From: Gemmatimonadota bacterium
Lineage (GTDB): Bacteria > Gemmatimonadota > Gemmatimonadetes > Gemmatimonadales > Gemmatimonadaceae
DNA: 47,009 nucleotides
Reading direction: 5' to 3'
Assembly (NCBI GenBank): GCA_040389905.1
Contig: JAZJZK010000045.1
Location: forward strand, 1 to 47,009
A program made the translations under genes and the position numbers. Under the pieces are notes generated by a model. It searched no databases and was not told where the DNA came from. It was given only the letters and a program-made list of their open reading frames with translations. Positions 9,547-18,288 of the stretch are shown here, one piece after another. Each line of letters opens with the position of its first letter. The first letter of the stretch is position 1.

Positions 9547-11415
9547 ATGAAGCAACAACTTCTCTCTGCAGCGATCGTGGCCGCCGTGATCGGTGGTGCG
9601 GTCGCCTGCATCAGTCTCGACGAGAACCTCATCACCGGCGTGAGCGCGGCATACTATGCCACGCCGGATGGGTTGCCGTCGGCGCTCAACGCAGCGTACG
9701 GCCAGTTGCGCGGCCTGTATGGACAGGAATATCACGTCCAGCTGGAATTCGTCGGGACGGACATGTGGAACAACGCCGATCAGGCGACCACCGGTAGTAA
9801 CCCCGGCACCAATAAGGACTTCGACCAGTACAATGCCGTGGTCAGCTCGACCTCGGGCTCCTTCGCGAGCTTGTGGAACGCTTCCTATTCCATGATCAAC
9901 TCGCTCAACACGGCGATCGATCGCGGAACGGCCACCACCGGCATCCCGCAGGCGCAGAAGGATCGCCTCCTCGCGGAAGCGCACTTTCTCCGCGCGCAGC
10001 GGTATTTCGAGCTGACCAAGCAATTCGGAGACGTTACGCTGCAATTGCACGAGAACCTGGGCGTCGTCGTCGAGGCGAGTCGGGCTCCGCAGGCGGACGT
10101 GTACAAGTCGATTCTCGCGGATCTCGACACGGCCGTCACATCGCTGCCAAACACGACAAGTGACGTTGGCCGTGCGACGAAGGCCGCCGCACTGCATCTT
10201 CGTTCCAAGGTGTATCTGACGCGCGCCTACAAGAGCTTCTCGCCGAGCAAGACGGCGGATTTCAACGCCGCGCTTTCCGACGCGAAGGCCGTCATCGCAT
10301 TGGGCACGAGCACCCTGGAGCCGGTGTACGCCGACCTGTGGTGCAAGGCTCGCCTCCCGGCCGATGTAGGCCGTCGCGGGTACTGTGAAGGCACCGGCTA
10401 CAATGGCAACCCGAAGGAGTTCATCTTCACGATCCAGTACTCGAACCAGCAGTCGGCGAGTGCGAATAATTTCAGCCCGTACTTCTTGAGCAACTACGAC
10501 GGCGGCCCGGCGTGGTTGGGAACGCCGCGCGACCTCAACAACGGACGTCCGTTCCGCCGACTCATGCCGACGAATCACGAACAGGCGATCTTCCGGCAGA
10601 ACCACTATGTAGGAGTGCCATCACCGACCGGCAGCGACATTCTCGATACGCGCTGGGACGCCACATTTCAGACGTGGTGGGCCACCACATCGGCGGTGAA
10701 GAACACCACGGGTGGGTGCCCGGCGTGCACCAACGGCGCGCAGCTCCAGATCGGTGATACTACCGGCGTGATGTACGATTTCCAGGTGTCGAATGCCTAT
10801 CGGGCAACGCGGCCATACCAAATCGTCACCATGTGTCCGGCTGGTGACGCCGATGAAACTGTGTATTGCGGGGAGAACACGAACGCGAAGAATGGCTACT
10901 TCACGGAGCGCCTCTATCCGTCGCTCAAGAAGTATCAGGACAACACGCGCGCCGTACTGAGCGACCAAGCTGGTTACAAAACGATCAACGTGTACCGGCT
11001 GGGAGAGACGTACCTCCTTGCCGCCGAGGCAGACGTCAACCTCGGCCTCTATGCGGAGGCGGCGGCGATGATCAACGTCCTGCGCGTGCGTGCCGCTGCG
11101 CCGGCACATAAGGCTGACGGGCTCAACACGGTCACCCCGGCGTACATCCAGGCGTATCCGAACCTGACGGCCGGTACGGCGCCGGGTCTCGATTTCGTCA
11201 TGGAGGAGCGTGAGCGCGAGATGGCCGGGGAAGATTCCGGTCGCTGGTCGGACCTCACACGCGTCGGCGCGCAGTACTTCGTGGATCACGTAAAGAAGTA
11301 CAATGCGCACTCCGCTGGGCTTGTCGCGCTCAAGCATGCGCTTCGCGCCATCCCGCAGTCGCAGATCGATGGCGTCACTGCGGGCGACAAGTACCCGCAG
11401 AACGTGGGCTACTAG
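9547..11415 (+). CDS. susD: SusD/RagB-family lipoprotein (copy 2)
   Basis: Lipobox AVAC; AEAHFLRA, RATKAAA, YRLGETYLLAAEA, EEREREMAGE, IPQSQID, QNVGY. Confidence 0.93.
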   Translation: MKQQLLSAAIVAAVIGGAVACISLDENLITGVSAAYYATPDGLPSALNAAYGQLRGLYGQEYHVQLEFVGTDMWNNADQATTGSNPGTNKDFDQYNAVVSSTSGSFASLWNASYSMINSLNTAIDRGTATTGIPQAQKDRLLAEAHFLRAQRYFELTKQFGDVTLQLHENLGVVVEASRAPQADVYKSILADLDTAVTSLPNTTSDVGRATKAAALHLRSKVYLTRAYKSFSPSKTADFNAALSDAKAVIALGTSTLEPVYADLWCKARLPADVGRRGYCEGTGYNGNPKEFIFTIQYSNQQSASANNFSPYFLSNYDGGPAWLGTPRDLNNGRPFRRLMPTNHEQAIFRQNHYVGVPSPTGSDILDTRWDATFQTWWATTSAVKNTTGGCPACTNGAQLQIGDTTGVMYDFQVSNAYRATRPYQIVTMCPAGDADETVYCGENTNAKNGYFTERLYPSLKKYQDNTRAVLSDQAGYKTINVYRLGETYLLAAEADVNLGLYAEAAAMINVLRVRAAAPAHKADGLNTVTPAYIQAYPNLTAGTAPGLDFVMEEREREMAGEDSGRWSDLTRVGAQYFVDHVKKYNAHSAGLVALKHALRAIPQSQIDGVTAGDKYPQNVGY

Positions 11416-11467
11416 GCGCGGCACGGATGGCGGCACAGGGATGGTGGGTCTCTGTGCCGCGGTCGAT

Positions 11468-11508
11468 GACCTCCGGTTGCCACGTTCGGCGGCTGGGGGT
11501 CTTCGTTT
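11468..11508 (+). terminator. Intrinsic terminator-like hairpin after susD2
   Basis: 14-bp stem with G-U pairs, gacctccggttgcc/ggcggctgggggtc, then ttcgttt; a second hairpin lies at 11430-11460. Confidence 0.5.
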
Positions 11509-11558
11509 AGGAACACATGAAAGGAAACGGGGCGAGAGGGGCGGCCCGTGGTCGGATA

Positions 11559-11617
11559 ATTCTCTTGACAGACAATATCTGCGTGCTAAGATCGAGAGCG
11601 CCGATTGTCATCTTATC
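11559..11617 (+). promoter_or_regulatory. sigma70-type promoter of the GH3 operon with GATTGTCATCTTATC motif
   Basis: TTGACA at 11565-11570, 16-bp spacer, TGcTAAGAT at 11584-11592; motif at 11603-11617 is identical to 6245-6259. Confidence 0.78.
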
Positions 11618-11730
11618 TCCGAATCAGTTTTAGATCCACGCGGACTTCCGCTGGCGACGTCGGCAACCGAGCGAAGACGCGCGCGCCGAGGGGCCAGCAG
11701 AAGTGCAGGGCGCTCTTCTCAAATGCAGAG

Positions 11731-11751
11731 TTTGTTAGTCAAGAAAACAAA
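11731..11751. promoter_or_regulatory. Candidate ROK/XylR-type operator 3 (TTTGTTA-N7-AAACAAA)
   Basis: 18 nt upstream of the GH3 ATG; nearly identical to 6374-6394. Confidence 0.75.
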
Positions 11752-11769
11752 ACAGCGGCGGCGCGCCTA

Positions 11770-14073
11770 ATGCTCCCCTATCAAGACCAGAATTTGTCGG
11801 CCGACCGTCGTGTCGAGGATTTGCTCTCGCGCATGACGGTCGAAGAAAAGGCGGCACAAATGATGTGCGTCTGGCAGAAGAAGGCCGAGACGCTCGTCGA
11901 TGCCGCCGGTGATTTCGACATCGAGAAGGCACGCGTCGCGTTCGCTGACGGCAATGGGATTGGGCAAGTCGGGCGGCCATCCGATGCGGGTGGCAGCGGT
12001 CACGAGATGGAGAAGGGCAGGAACCCGCGCCAGCAGGCCAACCTCACGAACGAGATTCAGCGCTTCTTTCTCGAGCAGACGCGGCTCGGCATTCCCGTGG
12101 TGTTTCACGACGAATGCCTGCACGGTCATGCGGCGGTTGGCGGCACGAGCTTTTCGCAGCCGATCGGACTCGGCGCCACCTTCGACCCCGACCTCGTCGA
12201 GCGTCTCTACACGATGACGGCGCTCGAGGCGCGCTCACGCGGCGTGCACCAGGCGTTGACTCCCGTCGTCGACATCGCGCGCGATCCGCGTTGGGGGCGC
12301 GTCGAAGAGACCTTCGGCGAAGATCCGCATCTCGTGACGCGGATGGGCGTCGCAGCCGTGCGCGGCTTTCAGGGTGACGCCAGCTTTCGCGACAAGACGC
12401 GTGTCATGGCAACGCTCAAGCACTTCGTGGCGCATGGAGCACCGGAGGGTGGGCAGAACTGCGCGCCCGCCAACGTCTCGATGCGCGAGTTGCGTGAAGT
12501 GTTCCTACCGTCGTTCAAGGCGGCGATCCAGGAAGCGGGCGCTGTCAGCGTGATGCCATCGTACAACGAAGTGGATGGCGTTCCATCACATGCGAACCGC
12601 TGGCTCCTTCGGGATGTACTGCGCGATGAGTGGGGATTTGGCGGCTTTACGGTGTCCGACTATTACGCGATCTGGGAGCTGAACGATCGGCCGGACACAC
12701 ACTCGCATTGGTTGGCCGCCGACAAGAGCGAGGCGGCGGTTCTCGCCGTGCGCGCCGGCGTGAACAGCGAGCTGCCGGAACCCGATTGCTATCTGCATCT
12801 CCCGCGACTCGTACGAGAGGGCGTGTTGCAGGAGGCCGAACTCGATGATCTCGTCGGCCCAATGCTGCTGTGGAAATTCCGGATGGGTCTCTTCGATGAC
12901 CCGTACGTCGATCCGGCAATCGCCGAGGAGGTCGTCGGGTCGCCGTCGCACCTCGCACTGGCGATGGAGGCGGCGCTCAGCACCGCCACACTCCTCAAGA
13001 ACGAGGGCAACCTGTTGCCGCTCGACGCCTCGGCGCTATCGACGATCGCCGTCATCGGGCCGAATGCGGACCGGCCGTTGTTGGGTGGCTATAGCGGATT
13101 GCCGCCGTACACGGTCTCGGTGCTCCAGGGCATCCGCGCGCACGTTGGCTCGAGCGTAAACGTCGTGCATAGCGAAGGGTGTCGTATCACGCTCGGTGGG
13201 GACTGGTTCACCGATGAAGTCCATGCGCCCGATCCAGAGGACGACCGTCGGCAGATTGCGGACGCCGTAAAGGTCGCCGAGTCGGCCGACGTGATCGTGC
13301 TGGCGATCGGCGGGAATGAGCAGACGTCGCGCGAGGCGTGGAACCGCAATCACATGGGTGATCGCACCAGCCTCGATCTCGTCGGCCGCCAGAATGAGCT
13401 GGTCGATGCGATGGTCGCGACGGGCAAGCCGGTTGTCGCTCTGATCTTCAATGGCCGCCCGCTCGCCATCACGAACGTGAACGACAAGGTACCCGCCATT
13501 CTCGAGTGCTGGTACATGGGGCAGGAGACCGGCGGCGCGGTAGCACAACTGCTCTTTGGCGCCGCGAATCCTGGTGGCAAGCTCCCGATTACCGTGCCGC
13601 GCTCGGCGGGCCACATCCCAGCGTTCTACAACCATAAGCCTTCCGCGCGTCGCGGTTATCTGTTCGACGATGTAACGCCGCTCTTTCCCTTCGGCTTTGG
13701 GCTCAGCTATACGACGTTCGAGGTATCGAATGTGCGCCTCTCCTCCGAGTCGATCGCGCGTCACGCTTCGACGTCGGTGCTGGCGGACGTGACGAATACG
13801 GGTAGGCGTGCGGGAACGGAGGTCGTGCAGATGTACATCCGCGATCTCGTCAGCTCGGTGACGCGCCCCGTGAAAGAACTGAAGGGATTCAAGAAGGTAT
13901 GGCTCGCCGCGGGTGAGTCGACGACCGTCGAGATCCCGATTACGACGGCGTCGTTGGCCTTCTACGACATCGACATGCGGTACGTCGTGGAGCCTGGTGC
14001 GTTCGCGATCATGGTCGGAACGTCGTCGCGCGATACCGATCTCAAGAACGTCGTGCTCGCGGTGCACGAATGA
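11770..14073 (+). CDS. Glycoside hydrolase family 3 (beta-xylosidase/beta-glucosidase), no signal peptide
   Basis: RDPRWGRVEETFGED, KHF, VSDY nucleophile, C-terminal Fn3-like EVVQMYIRD..RPVKELKGF; start reassigned to ATG 11770 (MLPYQD). Confidence 0.93.
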   Translation: MLPYQDQNLSADRRVEDLLSRMTVEEKAAQMMCVWQKKAETLVDAAGDFDIEKARVAFADGNGIGQVGRPSDAGGSGHEMEKGRNPRQQANLTNEIQRFFLEQTRLGIPVVFHDECLHGHAAVGGTSFSQPIGLGATFDPDLVERLYTMTALEARSRGVHQALTPVVDIARDPRWGRVEETFGEDPHLVTRMGVAAVRGFQGDASFRDKTRVMATLKHFVAHGAPEGGQNCAPANVSMRELREVFLPSFKAAIQEAGAVSVMPSYNEVDGVPSHANRWLLRDVLRDEWGFGGFTVSDYYAIWELNDRPDTHSHWLAADKSEAAVLAVRAGVNSELPEPDCYLHLPRLVREGVLQEAELDDLVGPMLLWKFRMGLFDDPYVDPAIAEEVVGSPSHLALAMEAALSTATLLKNEGNLLPLDASALSTIAVIGPNADRPLLGGYSGLPPYTVSVLQGIRAHVGSSVNVVHSEGCRITLGGDWFTDEVHAPDPEDDRRQIADAVKVAESADVIVLAIGGNEQTSREAWNRNHMGDRTSLDLVGRQNELVDAMVATGKPVVALIFNGRPLAITNVNDKVPAILECWYMGQETGGAVAQLLFGAANPGGKLPITVPRSAGHIPAFYNHKPSARRGYLFDDVTPLFPFGFGLSYTTFEVSNVRLSSESIARHASTSVLADVTNTGRRAGTEVVQMYIRDLVSSVTRPVKELKGFKKVWLAAGESTTVEIPITTASLAFYDIDMRYVVEPGAFAIMVGTSSRDTDLKNVVLAVHE

Positions 14074-14084
14074 TGTTGCCGAAC

Positions 14085-14115
14085 GTGCAGCTCCGTCGCT
14101 TCGCTCAGGATGACA
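14085..14115. repeat. REP-like palindromic repeat, single arm
   Basis: gtgcagctccgtcgcttcgctcaggatgaca; related to 152-183, 445-476 and 19058-19085. Confidence 0.6.
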
Positions 14116-14141
14116 GGGGAAGTGCAACAGGATGACAAATA

Positions 14142-15644
14142 ATGCAATCTGAAACAGGCAAACTCTCATTCGTCGAGAAGGCGGGTTACAGCCTCGGCGA
14201 TGGCGCAGCGAACTTCGTCTTCATGACGATGATCCTGTTCCAGTTGAACTTCTACACCGATACCCTCGGCATCAGCGCTGCGATCGCCGGGAGCATGCTG
14301 CTCATCGGCCGGCTGTGGGACGCGTTCTTCGATCCGATGATGGGCATCATGGCGGACCGCACGAACACCCGCTGGGGCAAGTTCCGGCCGTGGGTGCTGT
14401 GGACTGCCGTGCCCTGGGGAATCGTGATGGTGCTCGCGTATACCACCCCCGATTTCTCGCAGACGGGGAAGGTGGTATGGGCATGCCTCACGAACATCCT
14501 GCTGATGACGCTGTACTCGATGAACAACACGCCGTACTCCGCCATGAGTGGCGTGATGACGGGGGATGTCAACGAGCGCACAACCTTGTCGTCGTATCGC
14601 TTCGTGGCGGCCATGATCGCGCAACTGGTCGTTGGCGGATTCACCTTGCCGCTGGTGGCGAAGCTCGGGAACGGCGACAACGCGAAGGGCTGGCAGATGA
14701 CGATGGCACTGTGGGCGGTGCTCTGCGTGGTCTGCTTCGTCATCACGTTCGCGACGACGAAGGAACGCATCGCACCGGATCCGCAGCAGAAGACGTCGCC
14801 GAAGGAGGACTTCGCAAATCTTCTCCAGAACGGACCGTGGGTCGCGATGTTCGTCCTGACGATCTCGCATTTCATCTTCGTCGCGATGCAGGGGGGCACG
14901 ACGTACTACTACTTCCAGTACTATGTCGACAAGGACGCACTGCTCACCTTCCTGACGAACAATGGGCTCGTAAGCACGGCGACGAGTGGCGGCATGCTTC
15001 ACTCCCTCGCCGACACCTTCGGCTTCGTGCTCAAGCCGGATCACAGCAACGTGTCCGCTGTCGGCTTCAGTGTGTTCAGTATGTCGAGCAAGGTCGTCAC
15101 GATCGTCGGTGTGATCGCGTCGGCATTTCTCGCGCGGAAGTACGGAAAGCGCACGGTAGCGCTGGTCGGCTTCTCATTGGCCACGATCTTCCTCGCGGCG
15201 TTCATCCTGCTGCCGCCCGACAAGATCGGGGCAACGTTCGCGCTCGAGTGGATCCGTGCGTTGAGCTACGCGCCGACCATCCCGCTGATCTGGGCGATGT
15301 TCGCCGACGTGGCCGACTACGCCGAGTGGAAATTCAACCGGCGGATCACGGGGGTGATCTTCGCGACGATCCTGTTCGGCCTCAAGATGGGATTGAGTCT
15401 TGGCGGTGCGATCGCGGGATGGCTGCTGTCAGGCTATGGCTACGTGGCGAACGTCGCGCAGTCGGAGCATGCACTGCTGGGCATCCGCATGACGATGAGC
15501 GTCTATCCCGCGATCTTCCTCGCGATCGTGGTCGGCTGCCTCTTCGCTTACAAGATTACGAAGTCGCTCAATCTGCAGATCCAGGACGAGCTCGCGGAAC
15601 GTCGAAAGAGCTTTGCTTCCACGTCAAACCCACTCGCACAATGA
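14142..15644 (+). CDS. MFS glycoside-pentoside-hexuronide (GPH):cation symporter, likely xylo-oligosaccharide importer
   Basis: EKAGYSLGD, DAFFDPMMGIMADRTNTRWGKFRPW, WAMFADVADY; about 12 hydrophobic segments. Confidence 0.9.
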   Translation: MQSETGKLSFVEKAGYSLGDGAANFVFMTMILFQLNFYTDTLGISAAIAGSMLLIGRLWDAFFDPMMGIMADRTNTRWGKFRPWVLWTAVPWGIVMVLAYTTPDFSQTGKVVWACLTNILLMTLYSMNNTPYSAMSGVMTGDVNERTTLSSYRFVAAMIAQLVVGGFTLPLVAKLGNGDNAKGWQMTMALWAVLCVVCFVITFATTKERIAPDPQQKTSPKEDFANLLQNGPWVAMFVLTISHFIFVAMQGGTTYYYFQYYVDKDALLTFLTNNGLVSTATSGGMLHSLADTFGFVLKPDHSNVSAVGFSVFSMSSKVVTIVGVIASAFLARKYGKRTVALVGFSLATIFLAAFILLPPDKIGATFALEWIRALSYAPTIPLIWAMFADVADYAEWKFNRRITGVIFATILFGLKMGLSLGGAIAGWLLSGYGYVANVAQSEHALLGIRMTMSVYPAIFLAIVVGCLFAYKITKSLNLQIQDELAERRKSFASTSNPLAQ

Positions 15645-16801
15645 GCACACCCGCCATCCGGCGTCACGTATTCGTCGCCCTCTCCTGTGTCGCCGCAGGG
15701 TGTTCGCAGGGCACGCCAGCCACGGTGATCGTCCCGGTGAACCCCGGACTCAAGGATGCGTACAAGGACGCCTTCCTCATCGGCACGGCGCTCAATCCGC
15801 GTCAATTCGGTGGTACGGATACGATGGGGATTCGCCTGATCGACAAGCATTTCAATGCGGCGACTCCCGAGAATGTGATGAAGCCGCAACCAATTCATCC
15901 GCAGCCCGGCCAGTACAACTGGGCGCCCGCTGACGCGTACGTGGCATTCAACGAGGCGCACGGGATCACCACGATCGGGCATACGCTCGTGTGGCACAGC
16001 CAGACGCCGGCCTGGTTCTTCACGGATTCGGCGGGTAAGCCAAAGACGCGCGAGGCGATGCTGGCACTGATGAAGGACCACATCTACACCGTGGTCGGCC
16101 GGTACAAGGGTCGCGTCAAGGGATGGGATGTGGTGAACGAAGCGCTGAACGAGGATGGGACGATGCGGCAATCGCCGTGGTTCCGTACCGTGGGTGCGGA
16201 CTTCGTCATCAAGGCGTTCCAGTATGCGCACGAGGCAGACCCCGCCGCGCAGCTGTTTTACAACGATTACAACCTCGCGACACCGGCGAAGCGCGACGGG
16301 GCCGTTCGACTGGCCAAGTCAATCCGTGATGCAGGTATTCCGGTTGCCGGCATCAATACGCAGGAGCACCACAAAATCGACTCACCGTCGATCACGCTCA
16401 TCGATTCGACGTTCATCGCGATTCGGAACGCCGGTTTCCATGCGAACGTGACGGAGCTCGATGTGGACGTGCTGCCGCGGGGCGCAGGGCCGAACACGGC
16501 GGACGTTGCGGCGCGGGCGCAGGCGGTTGCGAATGGGAATCCGTACACGGCCGGTCTACCGGATTCGATGCAGACGAAACTGGCCAAGCGCTATGAGGAT
16601 CTGTTTCGCGTGTACCTCAAGCATGCGGACATCATCGACCGGGTGACGTTCTGGGGTACGGACGACGGGAGTTCGTGGCTGAACGGCTTCCCGGTTCCGG
16701 GCCGCACGAACCACGCGTTGTTGTTCGACAGAAAGGGAAACACGAAGCCCGCCTATGACGCTGTCATGGCGCTTGCACTGAAGTCTTCCCGTTCGAGATA
16801 A
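15641..16801 (+). CDS. GH10 endo-1,4-beta-xylanase, predicted lipoprotein
   Basis: TPENVMK, GHTLVWHSQ, WDVVNE (acid/base), YNDYN, VTELD (nucleophile), VTFWG; ATGA overlap with the MFS stop; lipobox AAGC. Confidence 0.93.
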   Translation: MSTPAIRRHVFVALSCVAAGCSQGTPATVIVPVNPGLKDAYKDAFLIGTALNPRQFGGTDTMGIRLIDKHFNAATPENVMKPQPIHPQPGQYNWAPADAYVAFNEAHGITTIGHTLVWHSQTPAWFFTDSAGKPKTREAMLALMKDHIYTVVGRYKGRVKGWDVVNEALNEDGTMRQSPWFRTVGADFVIKAFQYAHEADPAAQLFYNDYNLATPAKRDGAVRLAKSIRDAGIPVAGINTQEHHKIDSPSITLIDSTFIAIRNAGFHANVTELDVDVLPRGAGPNTADVAARAQAVANGNPYTAGLPDSMQTKLAKRYEDLFRVYLKHADIIDRVTFWGTDDGSSWLNGFPVPGRTNHALLFDRKGNTKPAYDAVMALALKSSRSR

Positions 16802-16810
16802 GGAGAGGCC

Positions 16811-17533
16811 ATGATCATGAAACAAGCCTTCGCGCCGCTGGAGCGGCAGAGCCTGTCGGACCGGCTCGCTCGACAGATTCGAGGCTCGATTCAAGGGGGC
16901 AACTTCCGGCGCGGTGATCGCCTGCCGCCGATCATGGAGATGGCGCGCCGCTTCGGCGTCGGTCATCCGACGATCCGCGAGGCGCTCAAGAAGCTCGAGG
17001 CGATGGGCGTCGTCGATATTCGTCACGGGTCTGGGGTGTTTGTTACCCGAAGTGACGATCTGCTCGTCCTCGCCAGTCCGGAGCACTCGGGCACGCTGAC
17101 CAAGAAACTTCTGCTCGATCTGATCCGCGCGCGAATGCCGCTGGAACTGCAAGCCGTCGCCGATGCGGTCCATACTGCGTCGTCTGAACACCTCGCGGAA
17201 ATGCGACGGTTGCTGACAGACGCTGGGGCGAACATTTACGACGATGAGCGTCTGAACACGGCGAATATGGGCTTCCATCATCAGATCGCGCGTGCCTCTG
17301 GCAACGTGGTGCTCGCACAGCTCCTCAGTGCGCTCCACGACCTCTTCAGTGACGAGCAGCGCATGATCCTGGGGATCGGTGCGGACCGCCAGCGTGACCA
17401 CGCGGAACACCTCGCCATCCTCGACGCGGTGGAGCGACGGGATGAGGCCGCCGCCGTGGAATTGATGCGAAGTCACCTTCAAGGTGTACAAGAACTGATT
17501 CAGGCCTGGGACATCGAAGCACCGACGCTCTGA
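16811..17533 (+). CDS. FadR/GntR-family transcriptional regulator (FCD domain)
   Basis: GDRLP..MARRFGVGHPTIREALKKL wHTH; FH..IA.ASGN and EH..I.DA FCD motifs; RBS AGGAG. Confidence 0.9.
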   Translation: MIMKQAFAPLERQSLSDRLARQIRGSIQGGNFRRGDRLPPIMEMARRFGVGHPTIREALKKLEAMGVVDIRHGSGVFVTRSDDLLVLASPEHSGTLTKKLLLDLIRARMPLELQAVADAVHTASSEHLAEMRRLLTDAGANIYDDERLNTANMGFHHQIARASGNVVLAQLLSALHDLFSDEQRMILGIGADRQRDHAEHLAILDAVERRDEAAAVELMRSHLQGVQELIQAWDIEAPTL

Positions 17534-17592
17534 CGTTCCACGACGCTCTTCCATCCCGGAGCAAACCGGGCTTTCAATTACCGAGGCATTAC

Positions 17593-18288
17593 GTGTCGAG
17601 ATTGTTGACGCTCCTGGTGGCATCCATCATGTGCGCGGCAGAGGCCGGCGCGCAGGCGAGCATTACCGGAGTCGTGAAGGATTCGCTTGGCAAGCCCCTC
17701 CGTGGCGCGCTCGTTACGGTGGATTCATTGAACAAGGCATCGCTGGCCGATGCACAGGGCCGCTATTTCCTCGGCAATTTGCCGCCGGGAACGCACACCT
17801 TGCGCGCCAGGCTTTTTGGCTACGAACCGGTCGATGCAGAGCTCGAGTTCAAGGCGACGAGCATGGACACGCTGGATTTCGAGCTCGTGAAGTTGCCGGC
17901 GCAGCTCGACACCGTGCGCGTTGCTGACACCTCGCCCGCCAAACCGGCAACGGACAACCCCCGATCGGGCCGCGATGTCATCAACGTCGAAGACCTTGCC
18001 GACGGCCACTACGAGAACGTCTACGACGCGCTCGCCGCGGTGCGGCCGACGTGGCTCACCGCACGCAATGTGCAGACGTTCGATGCGTCACGGGCCGCCG
18101 CAACACCGATCGTCTATATCGATGCGATCAAGGCCGGCTCGACGGAAGAGCTGAAGACCATCAAGCTGAACACCATTTTGCGCATCCAGCACTTCAATGG
18201 ACCGGAAGCGCAGGCCCGCTGGGGCATTGGTCACGGCGACGGCGTAATCCTCATCGAGACGATCGGAAAGCGGGACAAGACGCCATGA
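17593..18288 (+). CDS. Secreted CarboxypepD-like + TonB-plug-like protein with no beta-barrel (copy 1)
   Basis: Signal peptide ending AGAQ; ITGVVKDSLGKPL.GA.V...D.QGRY; LDTVRV; PIVYID...EAQARWGIGHGDGVILIET. Confidence 0.8.
   Translation: MSRLLTLLVASIMCAAEAGAQASITGVVKDSLGKPLRGALVTVDSLNKASLADAQGRYFLGNLPPGTHTLRARLFGYEPVDAELEFKATSMDTLDFELVKLPAQLDTVRVADTSPAKPATDNPRSGRDVINVEDLADGHYENVYDALAAVRPTWLTARNVQTFDASRAAATPIVYIDAIKAGSTEELKTIKLNTILRIQHFNGPEAQARWGIGHGDGVILIETIGKRDKTP

Noticed and set aside
2602..10605. Long antisense ORFs over susC/susD (2602-3966, 6425-7924, 9433-10605)
   Set aside because: Typical high-GC shadow ORFs opposite well-supported genes.
11605..11769. 55-codon N-terminal extension of GH3 in the ORF track
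   Set aside because: It overlaps the regulatory leader; homology-like sequence starts at MLPYQD (ATG 11770).
14126..14140. caggatgacaaat upstream of the MFS gene as a fourth GTCATCTTATC-type site
   Set aside because: Only a partial match; also explained by the RBS and by similarity to the adjacent REP-like arm.
14315..15640. 828-aa ORF suggesting a large N-terminal domain on GH10 or a frameshift fusion with the MFS gene
   Set aside because: The upstream 442 codons are an alternate frame of the MFS gene with Arg/Gly/Asp-rich nonsense composition. GH10 has its own signal peptide at ATG 15641 with an ATGA overlap.
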